Shown in pieces: positions 9,317-18,461 of a stretch of 64,000 nucleotides of DNA. Each line of letters opens with the position of its first letter. Position 1 is the first letter of the stretch. Both the position numbers and the translations under genes were made by a program. The stretch comes from a virus. The notes beneath the pieces were generated by a model. The model was not told the DNA's origin, searched no databases, and saw only the letters and a program-made list of their open reading frames with translations. Location: positions 1 to 64,000 of the IMG/VR virus record IMGVR_UViG_3300025687_000024, one strand, 5' to 3'.

Positions 9317-11152
9317 TTGGACTGCGTCCTTCCGAGCTTCGCGGCTGAGCTGACCAAGATCGCCGCCTCCGAGAGCAAGAGGCGGCGCTCCGGGTACGCA
9401 GCAGCTGTGGGGGCAGCCGCCCCCTTCGCCGCGGTGCAGGCCGCGACCGACTACCCTCGCGGGTGGGTCGACAAGGCGGTCGAGAACCGCGTGCTGGGCA
9501 AGCAGAACGTGGCCAAGCTCGGCCCGAAGGTCGCCCCGTGGTCCGTGGGGCTCGGCCGCGCAGCAGGCCGGCTCGGACCCGGCTTGCTGACGACGCCGAT
9601 CTTTCTCAGCGGCATCAAGGACCTGAGCAACGCGCAGTCGGATGCCGACAGGAAGAAGGGCTACGCCAAGATCCTGGGATCCGGCGTAGCCTTCTCGGGC
9701 GGCAAGGGGGCCATCGAAGGTGGCGTCCAGCGGCTCGGCGGGCTCTCGTCGAAGCAGGCCCTGCAGAAGGTCAAGAACCTGGCCAGCTCGCGGATGATCA
9801 CCGGGAGCCTGGCGGGCGCCCTCACGGCGCGGTCTGTGGCCAACAGCGTGCGCGACGACCGCAAGGGCAAGAAGAACAAGGGCCTGCTCATCCCCGCGGT
9901 GACTGGCGCGGCAGTGGGCGCGGGCAAGGGCGGCTTCGACAAGGCCTACGGGATCGTCAACCCCAAGTTCCGCAGGCAGCTCCCCAAGGCCGAGCGCCTG
10001 GTCGGGACCAAGAGAGCGATTCCGGCGGCCATGGCAGGGCGCGCGGCCGCGGGTGCGCTGTCCGCTGTGGTGCTCTCCCGCCTGGCCCGTGCGTACATGA
10101 AGAAGGGCAAGGAGAAGCAGGCCGCGGTGGAGGCACCCCCTGGACCGGGGCACACCTACGAGCAGGTACGGGCCTGGGCCGCGGACAAGTCGCCGGAAGA
10201 GGTGGCGCAGCAGTTCGCCCACACGCACAAGCGCGGGGACCCCGAGGCAACCCCCACTCGACGAGCGGTGTACTACGCCCTGCACGACGACCTCGCCCGG
10301 CGGGGGGCCACGGAGCTCCCGCCGCCCAAGAAGCGGGGGGAGGCTACCGGGGTGGCGCGCACCCCCAACGTGGCTCACGCAGCTGCGCTCTCTACCATCC
10401 TGGTGGCGCCGGAGCTGGTGTGGCACGGCATGACGCACACCATGGCCCCCGGGGAGAAGAGCCTGGTCATGTCCGAGGCCCTGGACCGCATGATCGCTGA
10501 GCGAGGGATCGAGCGGATGAACTCCGGACACCCCTTCTGGGGCACGTCCATGCGGCCCGGGGCCTACATGCGCCTGGAGGAAGAGGCGACGGACAAGGCG
10601 ACTCGGGAGCTCCTCGAGGTCGCTCGAGGGGCGAACAACTCCGAGGCGCGCAAGCTGCTGGCTGCCTACGGCACGGGGAAGCGCAAGTTCATCCTCGCCC
10701 CGGAGAAGGCGTTCCCAGACGTGCTCGCGCACGAGCTCGGCCACGCCACGGCGGGCTCCCTCCGGCAGAAGACGCTCCAGCACCCCATGGCGTCCGTCGT
10801 GGCGCGCTATGCTCGCCTGCCCGCCATCGCCCTCCCCATCATCGCCATGGCAGGGATCGGTGACGGCTCCTTCGCGACCAAGAAGGACTTCGAGAGCCGC
10901 GCCAAGTTCGTGCAGGGCGTCGGCATCGCCACGGCGCTCCTGAGTGGACCGAACCTGGCAGAGGAGGCGGTGGCCAGCGGGAAGGCGCTCAAGTACTTGA
11001 GCCGTGCCGGGGCGTCCCCTCGGCAGGCGACCCTGAAGGCGCTCAAGCGCCTCGTGCCAGCCTTCGGGACCTACGCGGCTCCCGTGGTCTTCCCCTTCGC
11101 CGTGGCACACTCCCTTCGTCGCAGAGCCGAGAAGGCTGGGAGAGACGGATGA
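9317..11152 (+). CDS. Basic membrane-associated protein with C-terminal zinc metallopeptidase (HExxH) domain and N-terminal ELTKIA motif
   Basis: GGAGG SD + TTG start; LAHELGHA, hydrophobic helices, then EEAVASGKALKYL, resembling neutral zinc metallopeptidases (Zn_peptidase_2-like). Confidence 0.7.
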   Translation: MDCVLPSFAAELTKIAASESKRRRSGYAAAVGAAAPFAAVQAATDYPRGWVDKAVENRVLGKQNVAKLGPKVAPWSVGLGRAAGRLGPGLLTTPIFLSGIKDLSNAQSDADRKKGYAKILGSGVAFSGGKGAIEGGVQRLGGLSSKQALQKVKNLASSRMITGSLAGALTARSVANSVRDDRKGKKNKGLLIPAVTGAAVGAGKGGFDKAYGIVNPKFRRQLPKAERLVGTKRAIPAAMAGRAAAGALSAVVLSRLARAYMKKGKEKQAAVEAPPGPGHTYEQVRAWAADKSPEEVAQQFAHTHKRGDPEATPTRRAVYYALHDDLARRGATELPPPKKRGEATGVARTPNVAHAAALSTILVAPELVWHGMTHTMAPGEKSLVMSEALDRMIAERGIERMNSGHPFWGTSMRPGAYMRLEEEATDKATRELLEVARGANNSEARKLLAAYGTGKRKFILAPEKAFPDVLAHELGHATAGSLRQKTLQHPMASVVARYARLPAIALPIIAMAGIGDGSFATKKDFESRAKFVQGVGIATALLSGPNLAEEAVASGKALKYLSRAGASPRQATLKALKRLVPAFGTYAAPVVFPFAVAHSLRRRAEKAGRDG

Positions 11153-12003
11153 CCATCGCCAAGGATGTCGCAGCGGGCGTAGACCCGTTTGGTGTGTGGA
11201 CTACGCGCTTGGCTGCTGACGCGGAGCGTGCACGCACTTCGCGGAGGAAGCACCGCACCAAGACGCTGGCCGCAGCGGTCGGCGGCAGTATCGGCGGCGG
11301 CGTGGTGGTCCCCTCGGTCGTGTCCGGCGTCATCGGGGCGGCCAAGGGCGCCGGCGGCGGGGCGAGCTTCAAGCAGCGTCTCCGCGGAGCTGCCAAGGGG
11401 GCGGTTCGCGGCGCCCAGGCACCGCTCAAGAACCTGGTGCAGGGCGGCAAGGCTCTGCGGACGGCACGCCGGGCGGAGAAGAAGGGCCTGGCAGGCTTGT
11501 CGGAGCGCGAGATCGCGCGTACTCGGAAGATGATCGGCAACCTGCGGCTGAGCGACGTCTACGCGCATCGCAAGCACATGAAGCCCACCAAGGCGCTCAT
11601 GCGCGAGCTGCGCAGTGCCAAGAAGGGGGACTCGCCTGCCCGGAAGCACGTGGTCGAGCAGCTCGCAGGCAAGTACAAGGGCGTGCCCAAGGAGAAGCGC
11701 GACGAGATGGGCAAGCTCCTTCTCGGAGGCAGCGGCATCGTCAGCGCCGCCCGGAAGAAGGGTGAGCGGGCCTTCGCCAGTGGCGTGGCCGCCATGGGCA
11801 TGGCGGCCGGCGTCGGAGGCGGGGGCGCGGCCCTGCAGTACCAGAAGGGGCGAGAGATCGAGCAGGAGACGCGCCGCCGTCTGCGCGAGGCGCGCAAGCG
11901 CATGGGTGACGGCGGCAAGGAGAAGCAGAGCACTGCGCTCCCCGCGCTGACCGAGGCTGCGGTCAGGAGTTTTTGGCAGGAGCTCGCCCAGATCGCAGCA
12001 TAG
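11149..12003 (+). CDS. Basic glycine-zipper membrane protein with C-terminal FWQELAQIA motif
   Basis: ATGA overlap; GxxxG hydrophobic segments; K/R-rich. Confidence 0.7.
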   Translation: MTIAKDVAAGVDPFGVWTTRLAADAERARTSRRKHRTKTLAAAVGGSIGGGVVVPSVVSGVIGAAKGAGGGASFKQRLRGAAKGAVRGAQAPLKNLVQGGKALRTARRAEKKGLAGLSEREIARTRKMIGNLRLSDVYAHRKHMKPTKALMRELRSAKKGDSPARKHVVEQLAGKYKGVPKEKRDEMGKLLLGGSGIVSAARKKGERAFASGVAAMGMAAGVGGGGAALQYQKGREIEQETRRRLREARKRMGDGGKEKQSTALPALTEAAVRSFWQELAQIAA

Positions 12004-12057
12004 TTGGCACGTGCCTCGGGTCTCGGGGTACAACGATGAAGACAGAGAGGTTCCCAC

Positions 12058-12675
12058 ATGGACAGCATCTACGGACACTTCACGTCGGCCGCGCTCGAGC
12101 TGGTGGCCCAAGCAGGCAACGCGGGTGCGAGGGTTCTCGGGGCCTTCGACGGCGAGCTCGAGAAGATCGCGGCGCGCATCCCCCAGGCCCGTCCGGAGTT
12201 CGCTCGGATGCGTATCCGGGCGTACCGCCAGCAGGTGCTCGAGCGGGCGGCCAGGCAGCCGAAGCCCGACATGCGCTCTCCCGGTGTCCGTCTCGCAGAG
12301 CGGGTGGCGCAGGGAGGCCCCGTGGCCACGCCGCCTGTGCGGTCTGCCCCGGTGCGCCCGCGTTCCGCTCCGAAGCCTGAGCCGGCCAAGCCGGCGCCGG
12401 CCAAGCCGGCGCCCGAGCCAGCCCAGGCCGCCCCCGTGGGAGCGGCTGACTCCGCCAAGCCCAAGAAGCCCAAGAAGGACAAGGGCAAGGGACTCCGCCC
12501 TTGGCAGGCCGTCGCTGGCGGCACCGCGGTCGCGGGCAGCGCGCTCGCGGGCGGCTACGCACTGTCGCAGCACAAGGAGCGCCGCGAAGACGAAGATCGC
12601 CGACGGCGCATCCTCAGCTACCTCCGCTCCCGCCCCCAGCAGCAGTCCCTGTCGCGTCAGCTTCGCGGAGCCTGA
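12058..12675 (+). CDS. Basic Pro-rich protein with ELEKIA motif and one TM-like segment
   Basis: SD AGAGAGG; AFDGELEKIA; PAKP repeats; AVAGGTAVAGSALAGGY. Confidence 0.7.
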   Translation: MDSIYGHFTSAALELVAQAGNAGARVLGAFDGELEKIAARIPQARPEFARMRIRAYRQQVLERAARQPKPDMRSPGVRLAERVAQGGPVATPPVRSAPVRPRSAPKPEPAKPAPAKPAPEPAQAAPVGAADSAKPKKPKKDKGKGLRPWQAVAGGTAVAGSALAGGYALSQHKERREDEDRRRRILSYLRSRPQQQSLSRQLRGA

Positions 12676-12676
12676 G

Positions 12677-13219
12677 ATGTACGACTTCGCGCGCATCATC
12701 GACGTCTTCGAGGATGAGCTGGAGAAGATCGCCAGGTTCCGGCACGCCTCCAACGAGGGGCTGCACGTGGTGCAGCAGGCGCTGCTCGGCAACAAGGCTG
12801 CGCTCAAGCAGCAGACTCGCGGTGAGGTCAAGGCGCTCGGCCTCGGGCGCTTCGTCCCGTTCACCTCGTCTCATCGCGCGGCCCACCAGGCCAAGCAGAG
12901 CGCGAAGTTCCAACGCCGCGCCTACGACAAGGAGCTGGCCGAGGTGCAGCAGGAGGTCAAGCGCCGTGCCCAGGAGGGCAAGTGGGCGGGGACGACGCGC
13001 CCCCGGTTCTTCGGCACGACGCCCACCGCGGGTGAGGTCGAGAAGGCCACGCGGAAGGCCATCAAGAACGAGCGGAAGGCCAAGCGGACGAAGACCCTGC
13101 GCATGGTGGGCGGCGGTGTGGCCGGTACCGGCGCGGTCGTCGCGGGCGGCGTGGCCGGGAAGAAGTACATCGATCATCGGCGGCGCACGAGGGCCTACGG
13201 CGGCTATGCGGGGTACTGA
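12677..13219 (+). CDS. Basic protein with ELEKIA motif and C-terminal glycine zipper
   Basis: True start is the ATG at 12677 (MYDFARIIDVFEDELEKIA) inside the 12011 ORF; GGGVAGTGAVVAGGVAG. Confidence 0.75.
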   Translation: MYDFARIIDVFEDELEKIARFRHASNEGLHVVQQALLGNKAALKQQTRGEVKALGLGRFVPFTSSHRAAHQAKQSAKFQRRAYDKELAEVQQEVKRRAQEGKWAGTTRPRFFGTTPTAGEVEKATRKAIKNERKAKRTKTLRMVGGGVAGTGAVVAGGVAGKKYIDHRRRTRAYGGYAGY

Positions 13220-13944
13220 TGGTCCGGAGGCGGCGCACCAAGAAGGCGGATGATGAGCTCCAGCTCTGGCAGAGCTGGAAGCAGGCTCCGTCCGACGCTA
13301 CGCTGACTCCGGTTCTGGACTCGCTGCAGCCAGTCATCCAGCGCAAGGCGCGTGAGTTCTCCACGGCACCCGTACCTCCCGGGGCCGTGCTCGGGGCTGC
13401 CAACGAGCTCGCGCTGCGTGCCATCAACACCTACGACCCGAACCGAGGCGCCTCTCTCCGCACGCACGTGGACTGGAACCTGCGCAAGGTTCGCTCCTTC
13501 GTCGTGAAGCACCAGAACCTGGGCAAGATCCCTGACCAGCGAGCCTACGGCATCGGGCGGTTCAAGGCTGTCGAGGACGAGCTCACGGAGAAGCTGGGGT
13601 ACCCGCCGGACGCGCAGACCATGGCAGAGGCACTGGGGCCGAAGTGGTCGGTGGCGGAGGTGCGCCGGATGCGGTCAGAGGACCGCCCGGACCTCATCGC
13701 GTCCCTCAACCTCGAGCCTGACCTGCTCCCCGAGATGGAGTCCAGCGCTGAGCGTGAGGTGCTTCGCTACATCTGGCAGGACCTCACGCCGGACGAGCGC
13801 ACCGTGTTCGAGTACTCCATCGGCGCGAACGGCAAGCCGAAGATGCGTGCAGGTCAGATCGCCGCCATGATGGGGATCTCCCAGCCGAAGGTCAGCCGCA
13901 TCCGTCGCAAGATCGACCGCAAGCTGCAGGAGCGTGGCGTATGA
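13219..13944 (+). CDS. Phage-encoded sigma70-family RNA polymerase sigma factor (group 3-like)
   Basis: Region 2 (AINTYDPNRGASLRTHVDWNLR), region 3, and region 4 HTH (LTPDERTVF...QIAAMMGISQPKVSRI). Confidence 0.85.
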   Translation: MVRRRRTKKADDELQLWQSWKQAPSDATLTPVLDSLQPVIQRKAREFSTAPVPPGAVLGAANELALRAINTYDPNRGASLRTHVDWNLRKVRSFVVKHQNLGKIPDQRAYGIGRFKAVEDELTEKLGYPPDAQTMAEALGPKWSVAEVRRMRSEDRPDLIASLNLEPDLLPEMESSAEREVLRYIWQDLTPDERTVFEYSIGANGKPKMRAGQIAAMMGISQPKVSRIRRKIDRKLQERGV

Positions 13945-14126
13945 CGTCGGTAGACACCGCGCTCGAGTTGGTCAACGCAGCCGATGAGAAGCTGCAGGCC
14001 GACATCACGGCGATGGCGGAGCTGCTCACGTCGACCACCACCCCGATGGAGCGCTGCGCCGAGGATGCCCAGGAGGCGGCACTGGCTGAGGCCGAGGCCA
14101 TCGTGGCAGACATCTGGGGGGCGTGA
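13941..14126 (+). CDS. Small acidic hypothetical protein
   Basis: Overlaps with both neighbours (ATGA/GTGA). Confidence 0.55.
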   Translation: MTSVDTALELVNAADEKLQADITAMAELLTSTTTPMERCAEDAQEAALAEAEAIVADIWGA

Positions 14127-14515
14127 TGCAGATGATCGCTTCCGGGCTCTCGGGACTGTACCCCTATGACGCGGGTGAGGCTGGGATCGCTGTAGGCATG
14201 CCCGTCGCCTTGGCCGCGGCCGCGCCGGGCGCGGTCATCAAGGCAGACGCGGGGGAGCCCGCACGGATGCCTGCCATCGGCGTCGTGGCTCGCGTCAGGG
14301 GAGCCCGGGTCTACGTGAGTCGGGAGCAGCCCGTTGCAGGGTACAGTGACCTGACGCCCGGCGCGGCCTACTTCGTGGCCGAGGGCGATCCCGGCACGAT
14401 CTCGGAAGAGGCCCCGGACCTCGCAGACGGCGGAACCACGCAGGTGATCGGGAGGGCCAGCAGTGCAACTACCCTGCTGGTGTGGCCCGGCGAGTATTCT
14501 GCAGTTGATGTGTAA
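14123..14515 (+). CDS. Putative capsid cement/decoration-type protein
   Basis: Pattern KADA...AIGVV...LTPGAAYFV...GTIS..AP...QVIGRA..ATTL; similar to the C-terminal domain of 15221-17926. Confidence 0.55.
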   Translation: MMQMIASGLSGLYPYDAGEAGIAVGMPVALAAAAPGAVIKADAGEPARMPAIGVVARVRGARVYVSREQPVAGYSDLTPGAAYFVAEGDPGTISEEAPDLADGGTTQVIGRASSATTLLVWPGEYSAVDV

Positions 14516-14586
14516 GCGGCAAGGCGCTACTATCTTCACCTACGCACCCCTCCCCCACCAACCTCACCTACAGGAACGTCCCCACC

Positions 14587-14892
14587 ATGTCGAAGCGCGA
14601 AGCAGAACTGGAAGCCGAGCTGGCCGCCATCCGGCAGCAGGGCGCCGATGCCGATGCCGCCGCCCCCAAGGCGGACACCCCGACCAATCCCGACCTCGAG
14701 CGCCTCCACGCGCGCAAGGCCGAGATCGAGGCCGAGAAGAAGGAGAAGATCGAGGACTTCCAGGCGTACGCCACCGGGCTCCAGAAGCGCTTCGACGAGA
14801 AGCGCCAGGCGCACTCCGATGAGCTGAACGGCCTGGACACCCAGATCGCCGAGATCGACGGGGCCATCAAGTTCCTGGAGGGCACCCTCTAG
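14587..14892 (+). CDS. Coiled-coil hypothetical protein
   Basis: Heptad pattern, strong codon bias, C-rich leader after TACTAT. Confidence 0.75.
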   Translation: MSKREAELEAELAAIRQQGADADAAAPKADTPTNPDLERLHARKAEIEAEKKEKIEDFQAYATGLQKRFDEKRQAHSDELNGLDTQIAEIDGAIKFLEGTL

Positions 14893-14904
14893 AACGAGGA
14901 CCTC

Positions 14905-15147
14905 ATGGCCCAGTTCAAGTACGTCGGCCACGAGCAGGGGGTTGACACCCCTGCTGGCGGCCTGATCACCATCCGTGGTCTGAAGAACGCCTTCAATGGC
15001 GGCGAAGAAGACAACCGCTTCGAACTCCAGGTGGAGCCCGGGGAGATCTTCGAGATCCCCGACTCCTGGGAGACGGCGGTGCAGTCGCTGGAGCTGAAGA
15101 AGAGCCCGACCGACAGCAGCAAGTTGCTGTACGAGCGCGTGTCTTAG
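14905..15147 (+). CDS. Small hypothetical protein
   Basis: SD GAGGA, typical codon usage. Confidence 0.7.
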   Translation: MAQFKYVGHEQGVDTPAGGLITIRGLKNAFNGGEEDNRFELQVEPGEIFEIPDSWETAVQSLELKKSPTDSSKLLYERVS

Positions 15148-15220
15148 CGCGCTTCCGCACCCACAAGCCCCTCTTCTCTTCCCAGTGCCCCTGCACTGAC
15201 CTCACTCTCAGGAGACTCAC

Positions 15221-17926
15221 ATGACTCAGGTCACCCTGGTTCGTCTCAACGCCGGTCGCCCCAAGGTCGTGAACCCGGCCCTCGAGACCGCCCGCCTCGA
15301 CACCGGCTTCCAGGTCGGCGGCTCCGACGCCTCCGGCGGCGCCACCTACATGTCCATCATCCCCAAGACCGGCGAGTCCGACTCGCAGGTCATGCTCGAC
15401 ATCAGCAACGGGGCCTTCCAGTTCAAGAAGGACGGTTCCGCTTCGCTGGGCGTGAGCGGCAAGACCATCACCTTCCAGGGCGCCATCCAGGTCGAGGGCA
15501 CCCACACCATCGTCGGCGGCACCACCTTCCGCGGCGACGTGGACCTCGGCGATGACGCTGCGGACACCATCACCTTCGTGGGCATCGTCGACTCCAACAT
15601 CACCCCCGACGGCGCGGGCACCCGCAGCCTCGGCTCCGCCACGGCCGAGTGGAAGGACATCTTCATCGCCACCGGCGCCACGGCCATCAAGATGGGCTCC
15701 GGGCAGGAAGCCAGCGTGGGCTACGACGCCGGCACGGGCCTGAACCTGACCTCGGATCACTCCGTGCAGGTCACCCTGGGCGACGATGCGGGTACCTACG
15801 CCTTCAAGGTCTTCGACTCCACCCCCGGTGTGGCGCTGTTCTCCGTCAACTCGCTGGGCGTCGCGGCCTTCTCCGGCACCGTGGGCGTCGCGGGCGACTT
15901 CGATGTCAACACCGACAAGTTCACCGTGGCCGCGGCCACCGGCAACGTCGGCATCGGCGGCACCCTCACCACGGGCGATGACAAGGCCGTCACCTTCGGC
16001 GACACCGTGCTGACCAGCACCAGCGCCAGCAGCGCCATGGTCGTCACGGGAGACGCCTGGGTGTTCTCGAACACCAGCGGCATCGCGCTCGCCGACAACC
16101 TGGGCATCGCCTTCGGCAACATCGGTGGGGCGCCCGACATGGCCGTGTCCTCCGACGGCACCGACGGCTACATCAGCGCCACCAACGTGCTGAACCTCAT
16201 CGCCAACGGCGGCAACCTGGTCCTGGACGCCAGCGGCGACAGCGTCATCGCCGAGGACGTCTACATCACCGACAACCAGATCGGCGTCTCGGGTGACCTC
16301 GACCTGATGACCCTGACCTCCGGCACCCTGACGGTGGCCGGCAACGTGGTCGCCAGCACGGACGGCTACGTCTCCTCGGGCCTCCTGCGCCTCACGGAGC
16401 AGAGCAGCGCCCCGTCTCACGTCGCCAACACGGGCCTGGTCTACTCCAAGGAGATCGGAGGCCTCACCGAGCTGTTCTACCGTGACAGCAACGGCACGGA
16501 CACCGGGCAGGAGATCCAGCTCACCAGCAACGGCTCCATCAACGTCGGCTCCATCAGCTTCTCCCTGGACGATGCCTACAACGACGGCTCGACCGTGACC
16601 GTGGACAACACCGACGTGCTCTGGGACATGTCGGTCAACAGCGCGACCGCCTTCAAGGTGCAGGGCAGCGGCGGCAACTTCATCGTCTGCAGCAACGCCA
16701 CGGGTGCGAACACCCTCCTGCTGGGCGGCGCTTCCGTGCCGGTGGCGTTCGTCAGCGCGATCGGAGGAGCGGACACCGTCCAGCTCGCCTCCAATGCCAA
16801 CCGCTCCCTCATGGTGATGGGCTCCGGTGGCGAGTCCGCCGGCAAGTCGTTCACCCTGGCGGCCGGTGCGGCCAACCCCGTGGCCTCCGGTGACTTCAAC
16901 GGTGGTGACCTGATCCTGAACGCGGGCGCCAAGGTCAACGGCGGCACCAACGGCGCGGTCAAGCTGGGCAACGCCTCCACCTCCGTGGTCAAGGTCGAGG
17001 CAGCGCTCCAGGTCACCGCTGGGCTGACCCAGACGACGGGCATCTTCAGCGTGGCCTCGGCCATCGCTGGGGGCGGCATCACCATCACGGGCCAGGACTT
17101 CGGCATCAACACCGTGTCCAGTGGTACCCTGACCCTCGGGTCGGCGGGCCTGATGGACGTGAACGCCAGCGGCGGGTTCGACCTGGACGTGACCGGCGGC
17201 AACTCCATCAGCCTGAACACGGTGGGCGGCGGCGGCAACGTCAGCATCGGGGCCGATGGAGGCACCGTCACCCTGACCGGAGCCAACGGCATCAACCTCT
17301 CCGTGAGCGGCAGCAACGAGCTCGACATCACCGCCGGCGTCCTCGACGTCAACGTGCAGTCCTTCACCCTCGACGGCACCAGCGCCTCCTCCGTCACCGT
17401 GACGGGCGCGAACCTGACCCTGTCCACGGCGACCTCCGGTACCGTGGAGCTGAGCGGCGCCGACGGCATCAACGTGAACAGCGCCCTGGAGCACAAGGGC
17501 AACGTCACCTTCGATGCGCAGACGCGGACGCTCAACGGCATCGAGGTGCGTGACCTGCCCTCCGCCACCACCGCCTACACCAACAACACCGGCGGCGAGA
17601 TCGCCCAGTACACCGTGGTGGCCGCGACCACCACGGGCGGCGAGATCATCAAGGCCGACAACAGCGCCGCGGCCTCCGCGCGGGTGCTGGGCCTGGCCGC
17701 TGCGTCCATCGCAGACGCCGCCTCCGGCCGCGTGTGGGTCCGTGACGGCGAGGCCATCACCAACGGCGCCTGGGCCTGGACCATCGGCACCCCGGTGTAC
17801 CTCGGCACCGCGGGCGGGCTGACCCAGACCGCTCCCACCGCCGCGGACAGCGTGGTCTACCAGGTGGGCATCGCCACCAGCGCCACCACCATGCAGGTGC
17901 AGCTGCAGTTCATCCTCGAGAACTAG
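15221..17926 (+). CDS. Long beta-rich fibre protein (putative head fibre) with C-terminal cement-like domain
   Basis: 901 aa, G/T/S/A-rich beta repeats, SLDDAYNDG motif, strong SD and codon bias. Confidence 0.65.
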   Translation: MTQVTLVRLNAGRPKVVNPALETARLDTGFQVGGSDASGGATYMSIIPKTGESDSQVMLDISNGAFQFKKDGSASLGVSGKTITFQGAIQVEGTHTIVGGTTFRGDVDLGDDAADTITFVGIVDSNITPDGAGTRSLGSATAEWKDIFIATGATAIKMGSGQEASVGYDAGTGLNLTSDHSVQVTLGDDAGTYAFKVFDSTPGVALFSVNSLGVAAFSGTVGVAGDFDVNTDKFTVAAATGNVGIGGTLTTGDDKAVTFGDTVLTSTSASSAMVVTGDAWVFSNTSGIALADNLGIAFGNIGGAPDMAVSSDGTDGYISATNVLNLIANGGNLVLDASGDSVIAEDVYITDNQIGVSGDLDLMTLTSGTLTVAGNVVASTDGYVSSGLLRLTEQSSAPSHVANTGLVYSKEIGGLTELFYRDSNGTDTGQEIQLTSNGSINVGSISFSLDDAYNDGSTVTVDNTDVLWDMSVNSATAFKVQGSGGNFIVCSNATGANTLLLGGASVPVAFVSAIGGADTVQLASNANRSLMVMGSGGESAGKSFTLAAGAANPVASGDFNGGDLILNAGAKVNGGTNGAVKLGNASTSVVKVEAALQVTAGLTQTTGIFSVASAIAGGGITITGQDFGINTVSSGTLTLGSAGLMDVNASGGFDLDVTGGNSISLNTVGGGGNVSIGADGGTVTLTGANGINLSVSGSNELDITAGVLDVNVQSFTLDGTSASSVTVTGANLTLSTATSGTVELSGADGINVNSALEHKGNVTFDAQTRTLNGIEVRDLPSATTAYTNNTGGEIAQYTVVAATTTGGEIIKADNSAAASARVLGLAAASIADAASGRVWVRDGEAITNGAWAWTIGTPVYLGTAGGLTQTAPTAADSVVYQVGIATSATTMQVQLQFILEN

Positions 17927-17950
17927 CGGCTTCGCGTCGCTGCCTCTCTC

Positions 17951-17980
17951 GAAGCCCCGCGGCTGCAGCCGCGGGGCTTC
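17951..17980. terminator. Perfect 30-bp palindrome, probable terminator
   Basis: GAAGCCCCGCGGCTGCAGCCGCGGGGCTTC, 25 nt after the fibre gene stop. Confidence 0.55.
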
Positions 17981-18053
17981 TCGCGTTACGGGACCTTCGC
18001 GGGAGCGCTCCCCCCGGGCTGACTGGGAGCATCGAAGGCGGTATAGTTGCTCC

Positions 18054-18461
18054 ATGCAAGACGTAGATGCCCCCATCGCTGATATCTTCGAATTCGTGGA
18101 TCGAGGTGAGCACGGGCTCGTCCCCAAGCGCATCTCGGGCGTGAAGAAGGGCTTGGCTCTGCGCTACTTCATCGCGCTGCTGCGCGGGTTCACGGCCCGC
18201 CGTGGCGGGGTGTTCCGCGCGTACGACGAGACCAACACGCACGCGGGTGAGATGTGCATGGAGGGCGAAGTCCTCACCTTCCGTGTGCTGGGCAAGCCTG
18301 TGCTCGGGATCACCCGGAAGAAGGCCAAGGTGCCCGTCCTCGAGGTGGGAGAGCCGGGAGCCTCGTGGCTGGAGATGTGGTGCGGCGATGAGCTGCGCTA
18401 CGTGTCCCTCACCCCTTCGGGCCGCCTGACGGTCCGCAAGACTCCCCCGGGGAAGGCATGA
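18054..18461 (+). CDS. Hypothetical protein (possibly leaderless transcript)
   Basis: TATAGT 6 nt before the ATG; overlaps next gene. Confidence 0.65.
   Translation: MQDVDAPIADIFEFVDRGEHGLVPKRISGVKKGLALRYFIALLRGFTARRGGVFRAYDETNTHAGEMCMEGEVLTFRVLGKPVLGITRKKAKVPVLEVGEPGASWLEMWCGDELRYVSLTPSGRLTVRKTPPGKA

Noticed and set aside
12370-12480. Short tandem DNA repeats (GCCAAGCC units)
   Set aside because: They encode a PAKP/PKK low-complexity linker.
17951-17980. Palindrome resembling IS200/IS605-family end hairpins
   Set aside because: No tnpA/tnpB or partner end nearby; its position after a highly expressed gene fits a terminator.
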